From Tubulanus polymorphus (taxonomy: Eukaryota > Animalia > Nemertea): a DNA stretch of 64,000 nucleotides. Position 1 is the stretch's first letter, and the number at the start of each line of letters is the position of its first letter. Shown piece after piece: positions 12,273-23,655 of the stretch. A model generated the notes under the pieces. It had not been told where the DNA came from, ran no database searches, and was given only the letters and a program-made list of their open reading frames with translations. Position numbers and translations under genes: made by a program. The stretch spans positions 9,828,485-9,892,484 of the forward strand of contig NC_134027.1 in NCBI RefSeq assembly GCF_964204645.1, read 5' to 3'.

Positions 12273-14503
12273 ATGGATAGGTTTCTTGGGACTTGGATTG
12301 CACATGGCGAAAACAAGGCCGATGAATCAGAATTTGCTAAATTTTTCGAATTGGCAGGTACACCAAAAATGAAGACGAACGTACACGTCGTGCATTAGTT
12401 CACATGTAGAAATTTCAGAATATCTAGGCCATGTTGAGTGATTCGACGTACTCGTTGCCAGTGTAAATTACTTTTTACCTCCATAGGTGTGGATAAAGAA
12501 TGGCAGAAAAAGATGAAAGATAATAGAGGCATGAAAATGATAATCGGCCGAAATGGTGACGAATGGACTCATACATTGAAGACAATGGACGATGCCACTT
12601 TACGCGTTAACACTGTGGTTTTAGACAAGGAATGCGACATCAAGACAATGGATGGTCGCGATGCTAAGGTACGATGAAAACTAACGCCTTTTGGCCACGT
12701 CCACATTTAATAAACAAGAAAATTAATTTTAGAAAATTATTTGACGCCTGGGAAAAAAATGTAGAATTTCTGAGCTAAGCTAATGTGGAATTGCAAATTT
12801 GAAATCGAAGTTTTAAGAAATTTGGGGAATGAAGAGATTTGGCGATTGGGTAGATGATACAGGTCTTCGACTCTAGTAGTGGTTTAAGTTTTTTTATTGA
12901 AAATTCTCAATAATTGATCGCGAACTTGCGACCAACTTCATTTACTTATGCCTCTAAGCTGGTCTGCAACTTCATTGCCTCCATGGATGAAGAAAGAGCT
13001 CTTCTGATGTCTGCTTCATCATGACTTCGAGCATATCGTGTGGCCTAGCCAGCCGGCCCGGTCCCCGGGCCCGGGCCACGGGTTTGGCTGTCACTCGATA
13101 TCCTAGAGTCTTGAGTCTGGGTGGGTTGAAGTAGACATTGTCATTTAAAATAACATGCTTATGTTGTTCTGTATGAATTACCCGTGTGTCATGTATGTTG
13201 TATTAATTTATTTTAAAATTTGTATTTATTGAATTTGGGAATTTTATCCCGGAATATCAATGTAATAAGGATCAATAAAGAATTGAATTGAATTGTCACC
13301 TTATACACATGCCATCAGAGGACATGGAGCCGTATATGACAGCTATGCTATTATAAATTGCTAATCTCACGAAACTTGCATACTCCTAATATCAAACATA
13401 TTTTCTAAAACGTTTGAATATTGAAATTATATGTTTACACATTTTCATATTGACCGCTTGTAGCCGCTGATGAAATTCACGCCGGCCCTACACACATCGT
13501 AGATAGCTTCGTCATTCCACCGGCATGCCCACGTCAGGGTCTGACTTTTATATCAGACTTCCGCATCGTGTATACATCCGCCATTTAACCGAATAATCCG
13601 ATTTACTTATCATTTCTATTTATGCCTGCCGCTTCTGATATAATCATACATCCTTTACTATTACAATACGTCTTCTAATGATATTCAATGCAATATAACA
13701 TTTCAACGTTCAAATATAGGTCATTATATAATCACAGGAAGCCATTCTACATCTACGTCAATAATATTTTGCCATATAGCTTGTTTGTGTACACATAAAC
13801 CTGTGACGTTTTGCACATCGATTTACGGCTGTCGTTTGTAAAATGACGCTGAATGGTTAACATTGTTTAGGTTTCATAATGGTAACGTTTTATAAGGCGT
13901 CAAAAAAACATAATGCCACTGATAGTATGCAACTCAAAGCAGCAGCAGTAAGAGCAGCACCGTGCAACTAAAAAGTCCAAAGCCATGCGCTCGAATAAAT
14001 TGTCTTCTTTCCTTCTTCATTCCGAACTATCGTGTTATTTGTTATTAATCCAATGAAATATTACGAATTTTGGCAGATTACCTTCACATTCAAGGACGGG
14101 AAGTTTCAGGGTAGTACGAAATTAGACGGTATTGACGACACGTTTGTTTCGATTTATGAACTCGAAGGCGACAACAAACTAACTTGCGTGAGTAACAGGC
14201 GATACTCAGAATATTCGGAAGGATGGAATTCAAAAAGCTCATCATCGATTTAATATTGCAATCATAAGGGAGATATTTCTTAATTTGGAATATTTCTGAC
14301 AACTCAATTTGAATTGTGTCACCCAGTCACATACAAACATAAGCTTTTCTTGATATCCACAGGGAATTGAAATGATATGGTCTATGTTGTCATTGTATTG
14401 CAAAATCTATACAGTAACTTTGGTACATTCTATATCATTTCAGACATTTTGCTTGCCTACGAAAAATTTTGATGGCCCCACGATGAATTTCACGGAGGCG
14501 TAA
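12273..14503 (+). CDS. Fatty-acid-binding protein (iLBP/calycin)-like gene, copy 1, about 145 aa
   Basis: Exons 12273-12357, 12487-12668, 14077-14187, 14444-14503: the canonical 4-exon FABP layout with phases 1,0,0. N-terminal FLGTW and ECDIKTMDGRDAK (compare FABP EFDETTxDGRKVK). TATA-like catataaata at ~12181. Confidence 0.82.
12900..13295 (+). mobile_element. 5'-truncated CR1/L2-like LINE remnant in FABP copy 1 intron 2
   Basis: Degenerate TSFTYASKL..NSLPPWMKK resembles the ORF2 C-terminal SFxYxxxKLWNSLP motif. Ends in aataaa plus a (gaatt)n tail. Absent from copy 2. Confidence 0.5.
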
Positions 14504-14705
14504 TCTTTGAGCCTGCCTTGAACCGGTGTAACCATTTGAATGCGCTTCAAACTCGATTACAACCAGCAACACTCAGCCCACCGTCATCACTTTTGGTTGA
14601 GGTTATCAGAAAATAATGATTGAAAGACAAACTATATTAAAAGTGAAAATAATCAACGTTAGCATTGAAAAATTACCAATACACATTACATTGACCCAAA
14701 ATGTC

Positions 14706-15021
14706 CAAGGTTGGATTTAGGGGGTGGACCAGGTGGACTGGTACACCCCTCCAAAATTCGAATGCGAAGTCTGGAATGGGATGCGAAGTCTGGAAATTTT
14801 TTGGTTGCAAAGAAATATTAAAAAAGACAACAAATTATTCCAAATTTGCTCCCATTAATGGCTAGCCCATTTTTACATCAGTATTATGTGGTAGAACCAC
14901 CAAAACGTTCACCAATGCTTTGCTGGCAGCCCTCGCATTGTAAAATCTGCCCTTTTCAAATTTAGTGCCCTTTTCAAATATGCGGGTACACCCACTTCAA
15001 ATAATCCTAGATCCAGCCTTG
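14706..15021. mobile_element. MITE, duplicated copy of the element at 20397-20640
   Basis: TIRs caaggttggatttagg / cctagatccagccttg. Internal sequence and both flanks match 20397-20640. Confidence 0.75.
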
Positions 15022-15053
15022 GTGTCCGATCTCTTGGGATTCCGTGCCTGCCG

Positions 15054-15230
15054 TTAAGTTATCTCACAAATGAAAGATTTCATATGAGAGCAAGAGTCGT
15101 CGTCCCAAAGATGATTAGCATTGCTCCACATGGTACAGCAACATTGATTTGTACTACAGGGCTGACCCGATCGGAACGAATCGTAACCCATCAGTGACAA
15201 GTCCGAGATCCACACCCAACCTTGCGGTGG
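15054..15230 (-). pseudogene. 5'-truncated duplicate of lectin terminal exon B
   Basis: Reads PPQGWVWISDLSLMGYDSFRSGQPCSTNQCCCTMWSNANHLWDDDSCSHMKSFICEIT*, nearly identical to 20671-20847 but lacking the original acceptor and first ~15 codons. Confidence 0.85.
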
Positions 15231-15978
15231 AATAAATCATCATTAATATCGTTTTGATTCGTAAAACCACGGAATAGAAAATTTATTTCTGATATAAAAA
15301 GTAGATTAGATTAGATATTCTTTATTTCTGAATGAATTGAAATAACATACAAACATAGAAGCATTGTACATAAAAAACCAGTTACGATATAATATATTAC
15401 ATTTTTCATAAGAGAAACACCTATTTGCAATTTGGGAAAAAACAGTTCAAATAAAGCACGTCTGGAAATTTTATTTGAATTCAGTTTTTAACCTAAATGC
15501 ATAAATCAACCGCATAAAATATCACAATAGATCGGAATGGTATTATCAACTTTTTATCAATAGTGAAATAAATACAGTGTCAGTAAAATGACCAATACTC
15601 GACGAATTGGAGAAGACTAGTAGCTTCACTGAAATCTGAATTTATTCCCAACACTCGTGTGTAAAATCATACAAGTTTTTTGTACTTTTTCTATTACAGA
15701 AATACGTCCATATATTCTCATTTAACGAATTTTGGCTAAATGAGAATATAGGTTACTAATGGTTCAGAAAATTATTTCTACACACATTAACACAAAAAAC
15801 AGAGGTCATCATATCATATCAATTAACGACTATCGCAGAAGGCATTTTATTGTCACCAGACTTACCATTGGTTATTTATCATATAAACACTACAATTGAC
15901 ACACATTTTGGTGCCATATATACGGAGAAAGGATAAACAATTGACTGTTTATGAAACTGAGCTGATCCGATAGACACG

Positions 15979-17468
15979 ATGGACGGGATTCTTGGGACTT
16001 GGATAGCAGATGGCGAAAACAACACCGATGAATCGGAATTTGCTAAATTTTTGGAAATGGCAGGTAAACCAGAAATGTGGACGAAAGTACCTTTCAGTAC
16101 GCCTGATGATTGCTAAAAGTTTTTAGCTGAAACGTCGCCCAATTATTTATACTTTTCAAGAACTTTGAATTTTTGACAATCATTGCGGGGATTACACTCG
16201 CGTTTGTTCCTTGCAATAGTTAACATGTCAGATTATCTTACAAACCATGTTGGATAATTATACGAAAGGCGTTGCCAGTGCAAATTACTTATTGCCTAGG
16301 TGTGGATGAAGAATGGCAGAAAAAGATGAAAGATCATAATAAAGGAATGAAAATGATATTTGGACGAAATGGCGACGAATGGACGCATACAATGAAGACA
16401 ATGGACGATGCAATTATTCGCGAAAATACTTTAGTTTTAGACAAAGAATGCGATATTAAGACAGTGGATGGTCGCGATGCTAAGGTACGATAAAAAAACT
16501 GACCAACGCCTTCCTTGGCCACGTCCACATTCAAAAAGAAATCCTGACGTCACTCATATATTCAGGAATTTGCTTAATGACAACAAGTTGCGTGATTCAA
16601 TTTGGAAATATATTTCCGAAAATTTCGAAATTTTAACCAGTGATACTAATATTTGATCAAGTTTATAGCAGATTTTCGGTGTATCGCGGTGTATACATGT
16701 ACTGTTGATTGTCCAGTTGATGCTATCTCGATGTTAATATCATGGTGATGTAAATTCTTATATGTATGGTTTATTTGTCACTTTTGCCACTTAAGTGTGT
16801 CACTTAGAATTTCACTGTGTACATCTCGACCCGGGAAGGGTGTAACGGTATGATAATTAAAAGTTTGTTGAATTGGAACTAGATTTATTTATATAACTCA
16901 AAGCAGCGGCAGCAGTAACAGCAGAATCATCGAGCAACCCAAACAATCTAGAATTCCCTAAGACATTGTTTTATTATTTTCTTCTTCATAACGGAGTATC
17001 GTTTTATTTGTTATTAATTAATCCAATGAAATTTTACGAATTTTGGTAGATTACCATCAAGTACAAAGACGGCAAGTTCCACTGCAGTACTAAAATAAAG
17101 GGTATCGACGACACGTTCATTTCGATTTATGAACTCAAAGGCGATAACAAACTTGCTTGCGTAAGTAACAGGCGTTGATGCGAATATTTAGAAGGATGGA
17201 ATTCAAATAGGTTATCATCGATGTAATATTGCAATCAGAGGGGAGATATCTCTAATTCTTGACGATTTCTGACAACTGCATCTGAATTGTATCACCTGGA
17301 ATGCGATCGTTAAAAACAAGCATGTTTTTTTCTTGATATCCGCCGGTAAATTGACATGATATCATGTTGCCATTTGTTATAAAATCTATACATTTCATAT
17401 CATTTCAGATTATTTCCGTGCCTTCGAAAGATTTTGATGGCCCTACGATGAATTTCACGAAGGCGTAA
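15979..17468 (+). CDS. FABP-like gene, copy 2 (tandem paralog), about 146 aa
   Basis: Exons 15979-16063, 16300-16484, 17050-17160, 17409-17468. MDGILGTWIADGENNTDESEFAKFLEMAG...GPTMNFTKA*. Intact splice sites, collinear with copy 1. Confidence 0.82.
16091..16210 (+). mobile_element. Short insertion resembling a Penelope-like element repeat with a minimal hammerhead-like motif
   Basis: In FABP copy 2 intron 1 but not copy 1. Contains CTGATGA, hairpin gctaaaa/ttttagc, then GAAACGTC (16103-16136). Confidence 0.5.
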
Positions 17469-17969
17469 TCTTTGAGCCTGCCATGGACTGGTTACCATAT
17501 ATAGCTGCGCTTCAAAATCGATGCCAACTATAGCCATGACTTTTGGTTGAAGTTATCAGAATATAATGATTAGACAATACGATATTGAAAGTGAATATGA
17601 CCAACGTATTCTCATTAAAAAGTAACCGTATTTTTCTCATTAACCTAGAGTATTTTATGTTGACTTTACTAAAACTGTGTAAAATATATCTATAGGGATA
17701 TCAAGAAAGTCTATTAGTTATGGTAAATTTATTGATGCATTGATTTTTTTTCAGACTTCATTCCAAATTAATCTTAAATCGGTATGGGATTTCAATTAGA
17801 GCCTACGTTTATTTGACATTGTATAGGTGATATTCTTCAATAGAATGCATAAGACGCCTGTTGTAGAAAGGTTTATCCAGTTCTGAAATTATCCCAATGA
17901 TCCATCCGGTCGTCCCTCCATCAATATTGGCATTCTGATCGGATCTTGATTGAAAATGTTGCATTCAAT

Positions 17970-19727
17970 AAACCATTTTACAGTTGCTAGCCGCCATTTT
18001 GTTAGGGTACTTTTGTCCCGTATTGTTGGGTCATTTTTTTCTCTTTTTTAAAAACTATCCGTGATGTGTATTGTATCATATTTCATCTGTCCATGGATGG
18101 ATTTTGACAACTTCAGCAACATTCCAACCGCATAAATCTCTAGTTTTCAGTTATGTAAAAATCATTTCTCAAATTTACAACAATGCGACATGAGAGCGAT
18201 ATAAAAATCGGTGGTCAGATTTTGCCGTGCGCATAGAAATCCAGGGTACTGAACTTTGAAGTTCGTTATTTTCAGGAATAATTTTCTAAAAAATCCAAAC
18301 ATATCAAGCACTGTGCGCATAAACACCCCCTTTTAGGTGAACTTTGAAATTTTAAGATATCTTGCCTAGTTTTTTTCCTATGGCTCTTTAACTGCAGCGC
18401 GTGTATTGTCATTCCGAGATTTGGCGCTGTTTTCTTTGCGTGTATTTCAGTATATGGGTGTTATTCCTTCATTTTCACTACACTTGTCTCTACGGAAAAT
18501 GGTTTTAATTGTTGGTACGAGTATCAGGTTTAAATATCACGTCGTTTATGCAATATAATAGATCGAAGACATTAGAGATGTTGGGGTTTAAGGGATTTTT
18601 CTGACCAGTTTTAGCAGCGAGACTGAGCGGCATTTTGATCACGCATTCGAAGTTGCGCGCGGGAAGAGAATATATGGGCCTATATTGAGATGGAAGAAGA
18701 AAAAAAATATAACACTCAAAGTCGAGTATGATGACCATTTAAATCAGTAGTCTATCAATAAATTTACATAATCTACTGAAATTAGATGGATGGAGAAGTG
18801 GTCAAAAAGCAGGACAAATGGGGTGGGGCAAATATTCAGCTACTTTCTATGAATACTTTCTATTAAGTACACTCAAGATTGATTAGATTGGGAAGAAAAT
18901 ATAGGAAAACGTTTTCTTGTTTTGGTGGTGAAATATCAAGTATCAAGTTCGAATGTCAGACGCAGATGATAAAAAGTAAAAAGTGACATCTACCATCACA
19001 AAAAACGCAAGAAGTGTGTGGATTGCATTTACAACAAAAGAGTGATATTTTGGGTTTTCTTGGGTGCATGGACGTAAGCCTCTGCCTGCCGTAAAAGCGG
19101 CTACCATTACAGCCATTACGAACTAGCGCCGGAGAACGGAATACAGTATTAATGCCGTAATATTTAAACCTGATACTCGTACCAACAATTAAAACCATTT
19201 TCCGTAGAGACAAGTGTAGTGAAAATGAAGGAATAACACCCATATACTGAAATACACGCAAAGAAAACAGCGCCAAATCTCGGAATGACAATACACGCGC
19301 TGCAGTTAAAGAGCCATAGGAAAAAAACTAGGTAAGATATCTTAAAATTTCAAAGTTCACCTAAAAGGGGGTGTTTATGCGCACAGTGCTTGATATGTTT
19401 GGATTTTTTAGAAAATTATTTCTGAAAATAACGAACTTCAAAGTTCAGTACCCTGGATTTCTATGCGCACGGCAAAAACTGACCACCGATTTTTATATCG
19501 CTCTCATGTCGCATTGTTGTAAATTTGAGAAATGATTTTTACATAACTGAAAACTAGAGATTTATGCGGTTTGAATGTTGCTGAAGTTGTCAAAATCCAT
19601 CCATGGACAGATGAAATATGATACAATACACGTCACGGATAGTTTTTAAAAAAGAGAAAAAAATGACCCAACAATACGGGACAAAAGTACCCTAACAAAA
19701 TGGCGGCTAGCAACTGTAAAATGGTTT
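17970..19727. mobile_element. Non-autonomous foldback DNA transposon with ~568-bp near-perfect TIRs, possibly ISL2EU/Harbinger-related
   Basis: 17970-18537 is the reverse complement of 19160-19727 with only about five mismatches seen. Termini AAACCATTTT/AAAATGGTTT are flanked by AT on both sides in a caATtg target. Confidence 0.9.
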
Positions 19728-20396
19728 ATTGCGATCCTATTGCTTCGCGAGAACATTCTGCAATGGTGTTAATTGCTTCTGCCATTTCTCTTTTGAGACC
19801 AGGGCTAGACCCTGATGGCAATATGAGGAGACATTTTCACCGACAATTTTGCACCACGCGATCGATCAGTTCTCGCTTACTTAACCGTATGTAAGATTTT
19901 GCCTACAATGGCCGCAAAGATTAACACTCAATGATTTCTACAGTAATTGTTTATTAGTTCCTGGCCACTTGCATGAACAGAATATGACATGCGAACAAGT
20001 TCACAAAATTTGTTCAAGCGTTAAAGAATCATTGATCTTGGGAACTATTTTTTCGAATGATAAATATCAGTAATCTACACGGACCTGAACCGGATCTTTT
20101 TAATGATCATTACTACATGCGCAATCGTTACCGCGGTCACGGTCTGTTTTGTGTGGCGGTGACGTTTGATAATGTTTAAGCAAAGTTAACTGCTCTTAGT
20201 CGCGCCTTTGCGCGTCTTAACGTTATTAATCCGCGATCTAACAAACAAGGACACGATGCTGAATAAAAAAGCATTTTCTATTTCTATTCTATATCCGCAC
20301 AGCGACTTTCTGCGCGCTTATAATGTAGTCTTCAGGATACTATACAACAAAATGATAGAACATATACACAACATATTGACTCACAAGAAGTATGTC

Positions 20397-20640
20397 CAAA
20401 GGTGGATTTAGGTAGTGGACCGGATGGACTGATTTTAAAAAGACTTAAAGTAAATCCGAACGAGCTCCGTTAATGGCCAGAAAATCCCCTTTGTTCTTCA
20501 ACGTTCTGTGGTAGAACCACCAAAACCTCTACCAATGCTTTGCTGGCAGCCCTCGCATTCACAAATCTCCCCTTTTCAAATTTAGTGCCCTTTACAATTT
20601 GCAGGTACACCCCCTTCAAAGAATCCTAGATCCACCCTTG
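20397..20640. mobile_element. MITE downstream of lectin exon B
   Basis: TIRs caaaggtggatttagg / cctagatccacccttg. Confidence 0.75.
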
Positions 20641-20670
20641 CTGTCTGATCTCTTGGGATTCGGCCTGCCG

Positions 20671-20891
20671 TTAAGGTATCTCACAAATGAAAGATTTCAT
20701 CCGAGAGCAAGAGTCGTCGTCCCAAAGATGATTAGCATTGCTCCACATGGTACAGCAACATTGATTTGAACTACTGGGCTGACCCGATTGAAACGAATCG
20801 TAACCCATCACTGACAAGTCCGAGATCCACACCCAACCTTGCGGCGGTGCCAATTGACATCGATAGTCATATCCGCCAATGAAAAGGTTTG
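20671..20891 (-). CDS. Alternative terminal exon B of the PAN-C-type lectin gene
   Basis: Acceptor tttttccag, phase 1, 221 nt: ANLFIGGYDYRCQLAPPQGWVWISDLSVMGYDSFQSGQPSSSNQCCCTMWSNANHLWDDDSCSRMKSFICEIP*. Confidence 0.8.
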
Positions 20892-21308
20892 CTGGAAAAA
20901 ATACACAAGCAAAGTATTATCAAATTGATTCGTGCCACGTAACGTTGTTTCTTGGGGCGGGGACCAGTTGACTTAATTTGTACCGGTATATTCAACTGTT
21001 GATATCGTTAATCGACCAATCTACACGAAGTGCAACTAGACTTTATCATTTGCCAAAAGGTATTCATCCAAAACGAAAGGTTTACTAGATTTTCTATCTT
21101 CGGCTAGTTCCTTTTTTGTCTCAGTGTTTTATTGATGGAATGAATAGTAGAAGAACCAGGTTTCATCGCGCATTCTAAAATATGTGCCTATTTCAACATC
21201 AATGGACCTGTAGACTATGTTGAATTGGCATCCGCTTATGATATATGATAGTAGATGTATGTGAAGTAAAATTGAGTGCACAAAACATGGCTTGTACAAT
21301 ACAGAGTT

Positions 21309-23655
21309 TCAAGGTATTTCACAGATGAACTTCGCATTCTTTGAACAGTCGAAATCATCCCATAGATGATTTTCCCATAAACCGATACATTTCTGTTGAA
21401 GGCTGCTCGGCTGGCCGTTGCAAAATGTTGAATATATGGATACCGTACGATCCGACGCCCAAGCCCAAATACGGTCAGCGGTCGATTGTGCATTCGGGCT
21501 AATGTCGTAACATCCAATAAGTAAATAATCTGAAAATCAGAACGTATCGTGGTTGGTGCGACTAACATTTATGGGGTAAGCCGTGAGGATCGTGCTAAAC
21601 ATTTTGCTCGGAGGAGATTAAGGAATCACACGAAATACATGTATTGAGTATTTGTTTTGGAATGGAGAAGCTGTAATCAAAGAACGCACACGCCAAAGAG
21701 ATTGATGGCTATAATTTCAATATATCGAAAGTAAAAAAATGTATATACTCCATTGGATGACAGGAACTAATGATTTCAAATCAAATTAATCTCTTCAATG
21801 TTTTTAGAAAAATCGAATTTGAAATTTTCATAAATATATGATGCAATCAGATTGTATGTTCTGTGGACTATCATTTCCTTGGTAAAATTTCAACTCTTTG
21901 ACCACATGGAGCATAATCTTGGATAGGACATACACACATGAACTACGCGCGAGTAGGCCGAATTGTAATACGACATTTCTTACCCTGTTGATAATAGGAG
22001 TTCGTGAATTTGCGAAGTTTTTCGAAAATACCCTTAGTGCGAGGTTCTGCCAGTCTACCTTTGATATCGGGACACCAACTGTCCTTAGCCTGATACCAAC
22101 TGGACGGTAGCGTGTTGTTTACGTGGAAACATGACGTCTCGATCAAAGTGTACCCAGCTCGACACGTTCTCACTAAAACAACAAACGCAGCTTATGAGAC
22201 GAGTAATTGCATCGCACACGAATTGATTTATATTTTCTCAGAAGCTGATATGCACCATTGGCACCTTTTCGAGTGTTTGTGAAATTCTTGAAAAAACGAT
22301 TGGATTGCATTGTGTCGTCGGAATTCATTTCGCGGTGGGTTTTGTTTATCTTCGACACGCTAGCGGTGCTATTCTTAAGATAATTAAGTGCTCTCTTGCA
22401 ATGAATGCGTTTGATGAATGATGGTGTCGTGAAACTCTTCGCTTTTTATTAGAATTTGATTGCACGGAAAAATTCCCAGCCATTCACGACAACACGAGTG
22501 TAACATCGTCGCTGTAACGTTGTCGTTGAAATATCTAACATGATTGGATTCAACAGTTTAAATTTGAATAAATTCCTGAGAGCTACGTCCTTGAGGGATA
22601 GAATGAAAAATGAAAGGCGTACAATTAATATGACCTGTTTTCTTTCTTACTTCCGGATCTAGATAGACTTAGAACGTTGTCCAGTCAGTCGCAAAGTGCA
22701 AAAAATTTTAGAAATATGTCTTTTTGTTGCTCGATCCATGCAAATTATCATGGAATGAGCATGGAGAAAATAAGAAGTTGGATGAGGTTTGAATTGACTA
22801 CGTATCTGGATATCAATGCCTCAGATGTTCCCACTCTCACAAGGATCAAATCTATGCACAGCATATGCGAATATGCTTCCATGAAAATGTACAATCGCGG
22901 ACAGATACTTTTAACTCGATAAAAAACTGAGAAGTGTTTATAAAACAGAAAGCCTCAGATATTCAAAATTGATGCATTTCTAGCATATCCCGTCATTGAA
23001 GGCCTTTAAAGGATACGGGAGATGTTCATCGTCGCCAAAAGCTGGTAGTTAGGTCAGTGAACTACGACGTTTTTAGCACGGAAATACGTGTGGTTATCCT
23101 GGCCCCTAAAAACTTATTTCCAAAATAAAATAGTGTACGAACTATGAAATTTCTAAGGTGCAAGCCTATGCATATTCTATAAGAAATGACCAAATTTTCT
23201 AAAGGACACTTACTCGAAAGGCCATTCCTTTGAACGTCTGCGAGCTTGCTTCTGCAATTCTTCTGACTTAAAAGTGACTGGGGCTGCTCTTGATATATTG
23301 GGTTTTAAGTATTACGAACTGTATTGCCATATATTTCCGTCTTACCTTTCCAATGGATGGTTTTTATTTTTTCATAAATGGCTTCCTCGTAAATCGCGAT
23401 CCTGTATAAAGTACACTTTCCGCCAGAAAATACCAAACCCTGACAGGCGACGCCATCGGTGGAACATTGTTTTGCACATGATACCAAATCTTTTGCCGTT
23501 TGAACTGGGTACGTCTTCGACTGACTGAGACTAACATTTTTTCGAATGTACCGATCAGTCCTGATATCGGAGAACGCCTTCGAAAACAGACAGATGAACG
23601 TGACCGTTACCAAATTCATTAACGGCGGCATTACCGGTATTACTGTTTTAAGCAT
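21309..23655 (-). CDS. Secreted PAN/Apple + C-type lectin domain protein (isoform with terminal exon A)
   Basis: Exon 23346-23655: signal peptide and PAN-like LVSCAKQCSTDGVACQGLVFSGGKCTLY. Exon 21984-22172: CRAGYTLIETSCF...SWYQAKDSWC...GRLAEP. Exon 21309-21529: DYLLIGCYD...WAWASD...GQPSSLQQKCIGLWENHLWDDFDCSKNAKFICEIP*. All junctions are phase 1. Confidence 0.88.

Noticed and set aside
21236-21568. 110-aa ORF in the ORF track
   Set aside because: Wrong frame. The real coding frame is the phase-1 lectin exon 21309-21529.
22965-23012. ~45-bp sequence shared with 25933-25988
   Set aside because: Most likely fragments of a dispersed repeat in introns of unrelated genes.
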